From Promethearchaeati archaeon (GTDB lineage: Archaea; Asgardarchaeota; Heimdallarchaeia; Heimdallarchaeales; Heimdallarchaeaceae), in contig JABLTJ010000020.1 of the NCBI GenBank assembly GCA_013166775.1, positions 1 through 62,988 on the forward strand: a stretch of 62,988 nt of DNA. Reading direction: 5' to 3'. Shown here one piece after another: positions 10,524 through 19,288 of this stretch. Both the position numbers and the translations under genes were made by a program. Each line of letters begins with the position of its first letter. The stretch's first letter is position 1. The notes below the pieces were generated by a model that was not told the DNA's origin, did no database searches, and worked only from the letters and a program-made list of their open reading frames with translations.

Positions 10524-12455
10524 ATGAAATACCATAAGCAAATTTATAAGATTCAAAACGGTTTTTCGCGTATGGTGGAAAAGAAAGAGGAGCAAGTTAG
10601 AAAGTTTTCCAGATGGCTTTTACCACTATTTATAGGTTTATTAAGCATTTTAATTCGTATTCCTAAATTACCATACATTTACGGTTATGATGGATTTGAA
10701 GTTATTTGGATGGCTTTTGCAATCAATAATGGTGCTTTAGTCAGTGATCATACATGGCTTATTCACCCTCTTTCGTACTTTGGTTTCTACCCATTTTCTC
10801 AATATCCTATTGCACTTCCATTATTATTAGCTGGATTGCTTTCAATAAATATATCATTATCAGTCTCAATAGTTATGGTTGATTTCTTACTGACAATTGT
10901 GTGTGCAATTGGTGCATATAAGCTTTCAAGTTTACTTTTTAGGAAAGAAATTTTTAGAAATTTGTTTCTTATAATGGTTTTATTCGGTAGTAAAGATTTC
11001 TACAATTATACTTACTTTTCTCTACATCCCAGAGGTGTACTATTGGCTTTATCTTTTTGGTTTCTTTATTATCTTCTGAAGTTTAAAGAGGAGGAGAGTA
11101 TAAAAAACAAAATATTCTCAATTATTAAGATTTTAGTAGTTTTTACTTTAATGGTTTTAAGTTATAGAATTTCAGTTATGTACTTACTTTACTTAATTCC
11201 ATTTGTTTTCCAAATAATTGTATCTTCAGAGAGAATCAAGAGGTTTACAAAGAAAATTATAGAAAACCGAATAACGGAGGTATTCTTTTTACTCTTATCG
11301 ATTGGAATGATGGTGTTAGGTTTTATAATAACACCAGATTTTGATGTATCGTTGTGGTCTCCCATATCTGATAGTAGAGAAACTACATCTCAAATTATTT
11401 CACTGGGGATGGTTTATTTTTCAAATCTTGGTGTATTGTTGATATTCCTTCCAATTGGATTGCTTTCCATCTTTTTCTCAAGGAAGGAGGTTGATTTTGA
11501 TAGAAGACCATTTCTACTCGTAATTGTGAGCCTCATAGCTCTATCTTGGAAAATTCCTGTGTACTCGATTGTTCTTTTCTTACCAATCTATGTATGGATA
11601 AGCGTTTTAGGAATAAAACAAAGCGTATCGTTTTTGAGAAAAAAAGGTTGCTCGAATAAATTTTCATTCCTTTTATGTGCTTCAATTGTAGGTTTATCAG
11701 CAGTTGTAGTGCATGTTATCTACATTTCAATCATAGTTTATGTTAGGATTACATATTTTGTTGTACTAGTAGCGATTGGGGGATATGGGTTATTTTTCAT
11801 AGTGAAAAGATATTTGTTTGGTTTCAAAAGAATGCAATGGGTTTTAGTTTTTATGTTTATTATACTCACAAGTAATATATTATTTCTTCAAACAGCGTAC
11901 GAAGGTCAAGAGAATTATGCTAGTTTGTGGATTGCCCCATACTCACTAAATTACTCCCAGAATCATATCACAAATGATGAACTTCTTGTCATAGAATATA
12001 TAAAATCTGAAGGAATTAATGGAACTATTCTAACATCTTCAACTACTCTATCTAGACGTATAGGTGGAGCTGGATTTTTACCTACGATTCCAGGTTATCA
12101 CACTGAACACCCTCTTTATTACGGATGGATACCTGCAGATTTAGTTATCAATAATACCTATTTCAGTTTCTATGGTTTTGTTGAAACATTTAGTTTAGTT
12201 TACAATGGTTCCTCATACGAAGATCAGGTTTTATCTCAAATTAGAGGGTTGAATATTACTCGATCATACACAATTGATACTCTTGTTTCACTCAATATCC
12301 AGTATATCGTTGCAATAAAAAATACAAGTAACGATACAATATATCCTTACTTATTTCATCCCTATGGGCGCACAGATTATTTCATTTTTGAATCTTTGAA
12401 TAATTTAGCACCTTCTTTTAACACAAGTTTTCTTGCTGTTTGGAAAATTTACTAA
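10524..12455 (+). CDS. Polytopic membrane protein, possible GT-C-fold glycosyltransferase
   Basis: About 13 TM segments, acidic 'GYDG' after TM1, extracellular C-terminal domain; lies among sugar-nucleotide genes; start may be later (MVEKK). Confidence 0.55.
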   Translation: MKYHKQIYKIQNGFSRMVEKKEEQVRKFSRWLLPLFIGLLSILIRIPKLPYIYGYDGFEVIWMAFAINNGALVSDHTWLIHPLSYFGFYPFSQYPIALPLLLAGLLSINISLSVSIVMVDFLLTIVCAIGAYKLSSLLFRKEIFRNLFLIMVLFGSKDFYNYTYFSLHPRGVLLALSFWFLYYLLKFKEEESIKNKIFSIIKILVVFTLMVLSYRISVMYLLYLIPFVFQIIVSSERIKRFTKKIIENRITEVFFLLLSIGMMVLGFIITPDFDVSLWSPISDSRETTSQIISLGMVYFSNLGVLLIFLPIGLLSIFFSRKEVDFDRRPFLLVIVSLIALSWKIPVYSIVLFLPIYVWISVLGIKQSVSFLRKKGCSNKFSFLLCASIVGLSAVVVHVIYISIIVYVRITYFVVLVAIGGYGLFFIVKRYLFGFKRMQWVLVFMFIILTSNILFLQTAYEGQENYASLWIAPYSLNYSQNHITNDELLVIEYIKSEGINGTILTSSTTLSRRIGGAGFLPTIPGYHTEHPLYYGWIPADLVINNTYFSFYGFVETFSLVYNGSSYEDQVLSQIRGLNITRSYTIDTLVSLNIQYIVAIKNTSNDTIYPYLFHPYGRTDYFIFESLNNLAPSFNTSFLAVWKIY

Positions 12456-12513
12456 TTCAATCCTCGAAAAAGAGTAACTAAAAGAAGAATATTGTCACAT
12501 CGGAGTCAAATAA

Positions 12514-13458
12514 TCAAGTTTGTGATAACCATTCCAGATACATTTCTATTCCTTTATTAAGAGATATTTTTGGAGCCCATCCTAATTGTTTCAGTTTAGT
12601 AACATCAGGCGAAACAAAAGAAACATCCCCTTCCCAGCCCCTTTTTTCATTAGTAAAAGAGTACTTTACATTTTTAATTCCCAATATCTTAGTGACTGTT
12701 TCAGCTATGTCGACTACTTTAATTGCCTTAGCAGAACTTACATTATAAACATCAAAACCTCTTGTATTTAATTGATAGAGCATATTGAATGCATCTATTG
12801 TATCTTCAATATAAAGATAAGATTTGGTTTGGTTACCATCTCCTAGTATATCCAGTTTTGAAGGATTTGTTTTTAGTTTATTGTAGAAATCATACATCAC
12901 ACCGCGTTTAGACCTAGGTCCGTATATGTTTCCTAGACGTAAGGAAACGATATCTAGACCATATAATGAAGAATAACTTGAACAATACATCTCGGCTGCC
13001 GCTTTAGCAGAACCATAAATACTAATAGGTTTCAGTGGGTAATCTTCTGGAGTTGGAGAAGCTGCTAATTCTCCATAAACAGTTCCTCCCGATCCTGCAA
13101 AAACTAGATTCTGAATATCTTTTTTCCTCATCAATTCCAGAATGTTGAATGTTCCTACTGTGTTAACGCTGAAATCAAATTCAGGTTCCTCTACACTTTT
13201 TTTCACATCGGATTGAGCTGCTAAATGGAAAATTGAATCAAATTCCAGTGGGATAGATAATAGAAGTTCCAAGTTTCTAATATCGTATTGGTAGAAAGTT
13301 GCTTTCTTTTCTTCCAAATGTTGTTCTAAAAATTTTGTTGATGTATTACCTGATAAATTGTCTACAACTATTACAAAAAAACCTTGATCAACTAGTAAAT
13401 CAATAAGATGTGAACCTATGAATCCACATCCTCCAGTTACTAGTACATTTTTTTCCAT
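12514..13458 (-). CDS. galE: NAD-dependent epimerase/dehydratase (UDP-glucose 4-epimerase-like)
   Basis: VTGGCGFIGS, HLAA, YGSAK, NIYGPR; start moved to ATG 13458 to avoid overlap with the cysteine desulfurase. Confidence 0.85.
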   Translation of the reverse strand: MEKNVLVTGGCGFIGSHLIDLLVDQGFFVIVVDNLSGNTSTKFLEQHLEEKKATFYQYDIRNLELLLSIPLEFDSIFHLAAQSDVKKSVEEPEFDFSVNTVGTFNILELMRKKDIQNLVFAGSGGTVYGELAASPTPEDYPLKPISIYGSAKAAAEMYCSSYSSLYGLDIVSLRLGNIYGPRSKRGVMYDFYNKLKTNPSKLDILGDGNQTKSYLYIEDTIDAFNMLYQLNTRGFDVYNVSSAKAIKVVDIAETVTKILGIKNVKYSFTNEKRGWEGDVSFVSPDVTKLKQLGWAPKISLNKGIEMYLEWLSQT

Positions 13459-13474
13459 TTGGGAACAACCTATT

Positions 13475-14740
13475 TCATTCAATTGCTTTTGCAAAATCTT
13501 CAAGTGCTCCAAGGAATATTTCTATTTCATTAGCTGTATTGTAAATGTAGAGAGAAGCTCTTACAACCCCTTCTCCTTTATTTGGTTTTATCCCTATTTG
13601 ATATTGGAACGGGTGAACGCACATATTTCCTGATCTCATCAAAATTTTATGATTTGGAATCATCTCATTGAAATACTCTACGATATCATTGTGATTAACA
13701 GCATCAGATTTTGGACGAAAAGATACAAGAGCAGCTCTCTGTTTGTAGTCTAATGGCCCTAGTACTTCAAATTTGTCAAGTTCTAGAATACCTTCAAGTA
13801 ATTTTTTTGAGAAGCTTAATTCGCGATTATGAACATTATCCATACCGATGTTCGTCAAATAATCTACCGCAGCTCCTGCTCCTAACATACCTCCATAGTT
13901 CTGTAATCCTGCTTCAAATTTATGAGGTGGTGGAAGGTATTTTGGTATCACTTTGTTTCCTTCATAGACAACATCTTCGATGACATCTCCTCCAACCATA
14001 AACATATCCAATGATTCTAAGAGCTCATATTTACCATAAAGTACTCCAATTCCAGTTGGACCACATGCTTTATGCACACTCAACACACAGAAATCCACAT
14101 CAATGTCTCGAACATCTAGCTTCTGATGTGGAGCATATTGAGCCTCATCAGAGATTACTAAAGCATCATGCTCATGAGCAATCTTGACTACTTCCTTTAG
14201 TGGAGCAACTGTGCCAGTAAGATTAGAAGCATGAACAAATGATACAATCTTTGTTTTATCATCGATTTTTTCTTCAAAGTCAGCGGGATTAAGTGTCCCG
14301 TCTTCTCTAGCTTCTACTAACCTAAGCTCGCTTCCTGTCTCTTTACACCTTTTGAAGAAAGGAAGCATTCCACTATGATGTTCTAGAGTTGTTGTAACAA
14401 CATTTTCATCTTTTTCCAAGGGTATTGTTGCTGCTACAAGATTCAGACCTTCAGTCGCGTTCCTAGTCCAAATTATCTCATTTGAACTTTCAGCATGTAT
14501 GAAATTAGTAATCTTATCTCTTGCTTCTTCTGTGAGTAAACTTGTTTCTACTCCAAGACTATGAGTAGATCTTCCAGCGCCACCACATGCACCAAGATAT
14601 TTGTAGTAATATTCCATTGCTTTCCAAACTTGAACTGGCTTAAGTGCCATACAAGCTGAATCAAAATAAATCAAACTTTTTCCATCATAAAGCTCACTTA
14701 GAACAGGGAAATCTTTTCTTATCCGAGACCATATAACCAT
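13475..14740 (-). CDS. sufS: Cysteine desulfurase, group II (SufS/CsdA)
   Basis: YFDSAC, TRNATEGLN, EHHS, SVHKACGPTGIG (PLP Lys), RSGNMC (catalytic Cys), RASLYIYNT. Confidence 0.85.
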   Translation of the reverse strand: MVIWSRIRKDFPVLSELYDGKSLIYFDSACMALKPVQVWKAMEYYYKYLGACGGAGRSTHSLGVETSLLTEEARDKITNFIHAESSNEIIWTRNATEGLNLVAATIPLEKDENVVTTTLEHHSGMLPFFKRCKETGSELRLVEAREDGTLNPADFEEKIDDKTKIVSFVHASNLTGTVAPLKEVVKIAHEHDALVISDEAQYAPHQKLDVRDIDVDFCVLSVHKACGPTGIGVLYGKYELLESLDMFMVGGDVIEDVVYEGNKVIPKYLPPPHKFEAGLQNYGGMLGAGAAVDYLTNIGMDNVHNRELSFSKKLLEGILELDKFEVLGPLDYKQRAALVSFRPKSDAVNHNDIVEYFNEMIPNHKILMRSGNMCVHPFQYQIGIKPNKGEGVVRASLYIYNTANEIEIFLGALEDFAKAIE

Positions 14741-14752
14741 TAAATCACCACT

Positions 14753-14998
14753 CTATGCATTTTCATTAAGGCTGGATATTAGTTTCCAGATAAAACCTGT
14801 TGATGACCACTCTCGTTCTACAACACCTTGTTCAACAAGTTCTTTTCCTGCTAAAATAACATCACCACCAGATGTACACCCTGCGCATATATCAGGGAAT
14901 AAATCTCGCATAGCCATTATTTCTTTTGTTGTTGCAGGATTTTGTTTCTTCAGAATAGCGAGTATGCATTCAACATTTCGTTCCTTAAAGCTGCTCAT
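14753..14998 (-). CDS. Small winged-helix-like protein with a CxxC motif
   Basis: ILAILKK..PATTKEI...LVEQGVVEREW...FIWKL pattern; CAGC; 12 bp upstream of sufS. Confidence 0.65.
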   Translation of the reverse strand: MSSFKERNVECILAILKKQNPATTKEIMAMRDLFPDICAGCTSGGDVILAGKELVEQGVVEREWSSTGFIWKLISSLNENA

Positions 14999-15062
14999 AT
15001 TATCAGTAATCTAGTTTTAGTCAGTAATTTAAATTATTCTACTAAATACTAATGACTTGTCC

Positions 15063-15992
15063 CTAACTTGAAAGAAAATCTGACAAAGATTTTTGTCCTT
15101 TCAATTTAAGAGGAACTTCAGAGAATGAGATCGAATGGCCAATCATTTTTGAGAGATTTGAGACATAGTAACTATTATTAACTCTAGTTATTGCAAGTTT
15201 TCCTTTTATCCCTACGAGCTCTCCAGTAATCTGCCTGGTTTTTTCGATTTCATTTAAAATTGGGTTTACATCGAGAGAAGAGATTTCTCCATAGTATGAA
15301 GAAAGCTCTGTTTCTTTGTACAATAATTCAGATTCTTGTAAATCATAATCCGTTTTCTCTAAATAAGTAACAACATTGTCTTTGAGTTCCCTGAATTCAG
15401 GTAGTGATCTAGAAAGATTATAGTTCAATTTCCGTGCTTTTTGTGATTTTCTGATAGTCTGAGGAATATTTAGCACTTGTGATATTTCTTTCTCGATTTT
15501 TCTTGCTTCTAAACCATTTTTTGCTTTGAATATCTCAATAGCAACATCAGCACCTTGATTCATCCAACGTTTTAATGGATTGAAAGAAACACCAACCTTT
15601 ACATTATTCGCAATTAACGCCAAATAAACTGAGCAAGGATGTGAAACACAATATTCATAAGCTTCCGAATTTTGAGCACAATTTCCATATGGTTTCGAAG
15701 CGTCACAAAGCAAAAAACACTTTTCAAAATCGTTTTGTTCGCAAGTATAACATCGTACGTATTGTTCGTTAGTGAAATTAGAACAGAGATAGTATTTCTC
15801 CTTGTTAATTGAATGCCCTATGCAGATTTTTTCTTTAAACATTGTTACATTAAATGAATCTTTAGCTTGGAGAGGTTTTTTGTATACTTCTTCAGGATTT
15901 TCTTTAAGGTTGCGTAAAAAGAGAAAAACATATGGAGGAGTAAAAGGATTCCATTTGATAGCCATTAGGTGTTCTTTCAATAGTATCTCCAC
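15063..15992 (-). CDS. DUF2797 family protein with C-terminal PIP-box
   Basis: Cys-rich N-half, VYLA...KVGVS...RWMNQGA (GIY-YIG-like), G.L.GIKG; ends QKSLSDF. Confidence 0.8.
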   Translation of the reverse strand: MEILLKEHLMAIKWNPFTPPYVFLFLRNLKENPEEVYKKPLQAKDSFNVTMFKEKICIGHSINKEKYYLCSNFTNEQYVRCYTCEQNDFEKCFLLCDASKPYGNCAQNSEAYEYCVSHPCSVYLALIANNVKVGVSFNPLKRWMNQGADVAIEIFKAKNGLEARKIEKEISQVLNIPQTIRKSQKARKLNYNLSRSLPEFRELKDNVVTYLEKTDYDLQESELLYKETELSSYYGEISSLDVNPILNEIEKTRQITGELVGIKGKLAITRVNNSYYVSNLSKMIGHSISFSEVPLKLKGQKSLSDFLSS

Positions 15993-15998
15993 AATTTT

Positions 15999-17435
15999 TT
16001 ATTCTGAAAGAACTATGATTTGTTCTTCTCCAGCATCAATCTTTTTCTTACAGATTTCATATATTCTGTATATTTTTTCTTTGAAATTTGATGAGATAAT
16101 ACCTTTTTCAACTAAATCATTTATTATCCCAGTATCCTTGGTTTCGGTATCACCATTTTTCTTTATTAACGTTAAACCTAAATCGATATAACGCAGTTTT
16201 CCTCCGTTTGACAGTTCAAGTGGGGTAATTATCTTAATAGTTTCTCCCAGTAATGAATCTTCACGATTGATTTTCATGTGAACGGACCAACTTCCTTCTT
16301 TAGTCATTATTGTAGATGAATCACCTTGCTGGATATCATTTTCAAGTCCATAATGTACACCTCGCGAGGATCTAAAACTTCTTTTTATTACTAAAACATC
16401 ATCAGACCAATTTAATTGTCCCAAAATTCTCTCTTGAGGTGGCGAAGTCAACCTATATTCTTCTAGATATAAGAGAGAATTTTCTGCAAAATCCCTTTCA
16501 AGAATTATCTGCTTCAGTATTGGAGATAATTTTGCTCCATCAATTTCCTTAGATATTCTTTCAGCAAAGGTTGTTGAAAGTTTCAAGTCCCTTGAATATG
16601 ACATAAACCAATGGTACATTGGTATTGTAGGAGTTACTTCATTATGCAATTCAGTTAATTTATCCTTAGCTTCCTTTACGAATAGTGCATGAGCCACGGT
16701 TTGACCTGGTTGGAGAATACCAGGACCATATGAGGATCCAGAAATTAAAAGATCAAGTTCTTCTGCACGTTGAACAAGTTGATCTATATCAGCTTGAATG
16801 CCCTCTTGCGATGCTTTAGTAGCGCTTGTTCTCATGATTAAACCATGATCTTGAGGTTTTAATTGCTTTCCAAGCGTAAATAGTGCATCTCTTTCTTGCT
16901 TAGGTAGCTTTCGGGAAACACGAACAAAATTTGCGTCTCTTTCAAGAATGACTGAATGCCCAGGAAAATGAATTACTGTTGAACAAACAGGTAATTGATC
17001 TTCAAATATATTCAGCTGTTTTATTTGAACAATTACTTTATCTCCCCTATGGAAATTTGAACCAAAAAGAATTGTATTAATATTTTCTCCTATATCAACA
17101 ACAGAAAGATTCTTTTCATGATTCACATGAACTATCTTTCCATTATACACTGCATGTATTTGAACAGGATGCTGAAGAATTATAGAATCTGGAATATTCT
17201 TATGGAGAAGAGCTGCAATAGCGGAAACATATTCTTCATCTCCCTCTATAGAAATACCATACCCATCTAGAATATCCTGAATCTCTAAATCATATGGATC
17301 TATTCTTTTCTTTATCTTTAACAGATTTGCTTGCTCAGGACTAGGCTGAACAAGATTATACTTTAGATTCTCTTTAATCAATTTTATTATTGGAACATCA
17401 TAAATACTTCTAACACGAAAAGTTGGGGAAACCAT
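15999..17435 (-). CDS. aubA: FAU-1-like RNA-binding protein / ribonuclease (RNase E/G-like S1 plus DUF402)
   Basis: VRSIY at the N-terminus, S1 region VVDIG...VQIK, RVSRKL, GLIMRTSA, C-terminal ITPLEL..RYIDL. Confidence 0.75.
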   Translation of the reverse strand: MVSPTFRVRSIYDVPIIKLIKENLKYNLVQPSPEQANLLKIKKRIDPYDLEIQDILDGYGISIEGDEEYVSAIAALLHKNIPDSIILQHPVQIHAVYNGKIVHVNHEKNLSVVDIGENINTILFGSNFHRGDKVIVQIKQLNIFEDQLPVCSTVIHFPGHSVILERDANFVRVSRKLPKQERDALFTLGKQLKPQDHGLIMRTSATKASQEGIQADIDQLVQRAEELDLLISGSSYGPGILQPGQTVAHALFVKEAKDKLTELHNEVTPTIPMYHWFMSYSRDLKLSTTFAERISKEIDGAKLSPILKQIILERDFAENSLLYLEEYRLTSPPQERILGQLNWSDDVLVIKRSFRSSRGVHYGLENDIQQGDSSTIMTKEGSWSVHMKINREDSLLGETIKIITPLELSNGGKLRYIDLGLTLIKKNGDTETKDTGIINDLVEKGIISSNFKEKIYRIYEICKKKIDAGEEQIIVLSE

Positions 17436-17544
17436 TGCATAAACACCTTATTGGCAGATAGAACAGTATTGAATAAAAAGTTAATGAAACAAAAGTTAAG
17501 AGAAAAGATAATTTAGATTGCTAGGATATTAATTTTTCATAATT

Positions 17545-17627
17545 TGGAGCCAAGACGGGGATTTGAACCCCGGAGGCAAACGCCAGTGGTTTTCGAGACC
17601 ACCACCTTACCGCTTGGTTATCTTGGC
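17545..17627 (-). tRNA. tRNA-Ser(CGA), long variable arm, encoded CCA
   Basis: GCCAAGA...GTGGT-CT-CGA-AA-ACCAC...CGGGG TTCAAAT CCCCG TCTTGGC T CCA. Confidence 0.95.
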
Positions 17628-17717
17628 AATAACATTAGTTGTTTACATAAAATGCTTGATAAAAGAATTGTGAAGAATTAAAAATTCTTCGCTCTTAAGA
17701 ATTCTTAAACAAATATG

Positions 17718-18320
17718 TTAAAGTCTAATAAACTGCCTACTTCCACAATTAGAACAACCCTTAACAGAGCATTCTGAGCAAAAGAAAGATCCACATTTTG
17801 AGCATTTACTATTTGCTTGCTTGCTACAGTTTATACATTTTTTCATTGAGAGACGATTGCGAACTCTGTACAGGATATAGACTGCTCCTCCTACTCCCGC
17901 TATTCCTGCCATAACCTCTGCAATGATAATGAAGATTCTTCCAATGTCTACATTGATACCGGGCGTACTATCTTCAACGATTCTAACAATTTTGGTATTA
18001 CGATATTCGTAATATCTAATGGTTCCATTTTCTAGCACAACTTCCCAATTAATGTTTTTAGTCTCTTGTTTCTTCATCTCCAGAAGCTCATCGACAACGT
18101 TATGGTTTAATTCATTGTAGTTTACTTTTACTCTGAATGGATCATCATCAGAATATGTTATTGAATATCTTCCATCAATATATCGAACAAAGGATATGTC
18201 TATTATATCATCATACTCTACACCGTTAAGATTGTCATAAGCTTGAGTACTAGACAAAGCATAAAAAAAGAGCACTATAAAAACGAAGAGCAGAGAAAAT
18301 CTGCTTAGTAATTTAGCCAT
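17718..18320 (-). CDS. Single-pass membrane protein: degenerate FKBP-like ectodomain, TM, C-terminal 8-Cys zinc finger
   Basis: Signal peptide MAKLLSRFSLLFVFIVLFFYALSSTQA; TM IFIIIAEVMAGIAGVGGAVYILY; CINC-x6-CSKC-x4-CSEC-x4-CSNC; paralog of the next gene. Confidence 0.75.
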   Translation of the reverse strand: MAKLLSRFSLLFVFIVLFFYALSSTQAYDNLNGVEYDDIIDISFVRYIDGRYSITYSDDDPFRVKVNYNELNHNVVDELLEMKKQETKNINWEVVLENGTIRYYEYRNTKIVRIVEDSTPGINVDIGRIFIIIAEVMAGIAGVGGAVYILYRVRNRLSMKKCINCSKQANSKCSKCGSFFCSECSVKGCSNCGSRQFIRL

Positions 18321-18370
18321 CTTGAGATATGCTGTAGGGAAATTTAAAAGAATTTCGAAGAGGGATAACA

Positions 18371-19024
18371 TTAGGTCTTAAAGCGTATCATAGTTCTACT
18401 TTTGCAATACGGACACCCATTTGAATAACATCTCTCACAGAAGACTCTGCCACATTTCCTACAAGTACCTACTGCAAGTGTTTTACAAACGGTACACCTT
18501 TTACCAAAAATCCTTGGATAGAATTTGTAACCTCCATATATTAGAAAAATAAAAGCTGTCGCACCTAGCAAACCTAGAACCACTCTGAGAAAATAGAAAC
18601 CAAATGAACCAGGAGTTAACCCACCATTTTCAATTTCTGTAATATGAACACCGTTAATTTCGAATATAGTTAAATCATCGTAGTAAAGAGTAAGATTTGC
18701 ATAAATACCGTATTTAGGATCATATTCTGAGAAACCATCTTCTTTAGCAACGATTAAATTTCTCACTTCCCCTAGTTTCATTCCTATAATCTCATTATAC
18801 AAACCTATTGGCTTAATAACGTCTATTGCGACTTGACCTTTAAAGGGGGCTTCTTCTGTGAAAACCTCAACTTGTACTGCACTTACTGTTAATCTATAAC
18901 CTAGAGAAATTAAATCATTTTTTTTAACAACTGGAAGCGCTGCAGAATTGTTTAAGCTAACCTGTATACAAGAGATAGTGAATATGAATATAAAAAAATA
19001 AGAGATTTTGATGGATTTTCTCAT
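18371..19024 (-). CDS. Single-pass membrane protein: SlyD/FKBP-like ectodomain, TM, C-terminal FYVE-like 8-Cys zinc finger
   Basis: Start MRKSIK (19024); VKKNDLISLGY...GLYNEIIGMKLGEVRNLIV...GFSEYDP matches the FKBP/SlyD pattern; CTVC...CRKCGRVFCERC...CPYC. Confidence 0.8.
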   Translation of the reverse strand: MRKSIKISYFFIFIFTISCIQVSLNNSAALPVVKKNDLISLGYRLTVSAVQVEVFTEEAPFKGQVAIDVIKPIGLYNEIIGMKLGEVRNLIVAKEDGFSEYDPKYGIYANLTLYYDDLTIFEINGVHITEIENGGLTPGSFGFYFLRVVLGLLGATAFIFLIYGGYKFYPRIFGKRCTVCKTLAVGTCRKCGRVFCERCYSNGCPYCKSRTMIRFKT

Positions 19025-19083
19025 CGAAATTAGAAAACATTGGTAATAATAAAAAGATATCGAAATAAGAAAAATGAGTAAAT

Positions 19084-19190
19084 TGGCGCCCGTGCCGGGA
19101 TTTGAACCCGGGTCGAAGGAGTTCAGCACATGTTACGAAAGTAACACGTTTGACAGTCCCCCATCATAGGCCGAACTAAACTACACGAGC
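19084..19190 (-). tRNA. tRNA-Asp(GTC) with a 29-nt intron (19122..19150) at position 37/38, encoded CCA
   Basis: GCTCGTG...GGGGA CT GTC A [intron] C TCCTT CGAC CCGGG TTCAAAT CCCGG CACGGGC G CCA; the intron forms an ACGTGTTAC/GTAACATGT hairpin and a relaxed BHB. Confidence 0.93.
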
Positions 19191-19288
19191 ACTTATCTTG
19201 TGATATTTTTTTTAGCTGTCAACCTCATTTAAACTTGTCGTTTTGTATAATCCAATGTTGAGTTAAGATTGCGTTTTCGGAATTCAGA

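Noticed and set aside
19025-19129. N-terminal extension of ORF 18371..19129
   Set aside because: It overlaps tRNA-Asp; ATG 19024 gives a proper signal sequence
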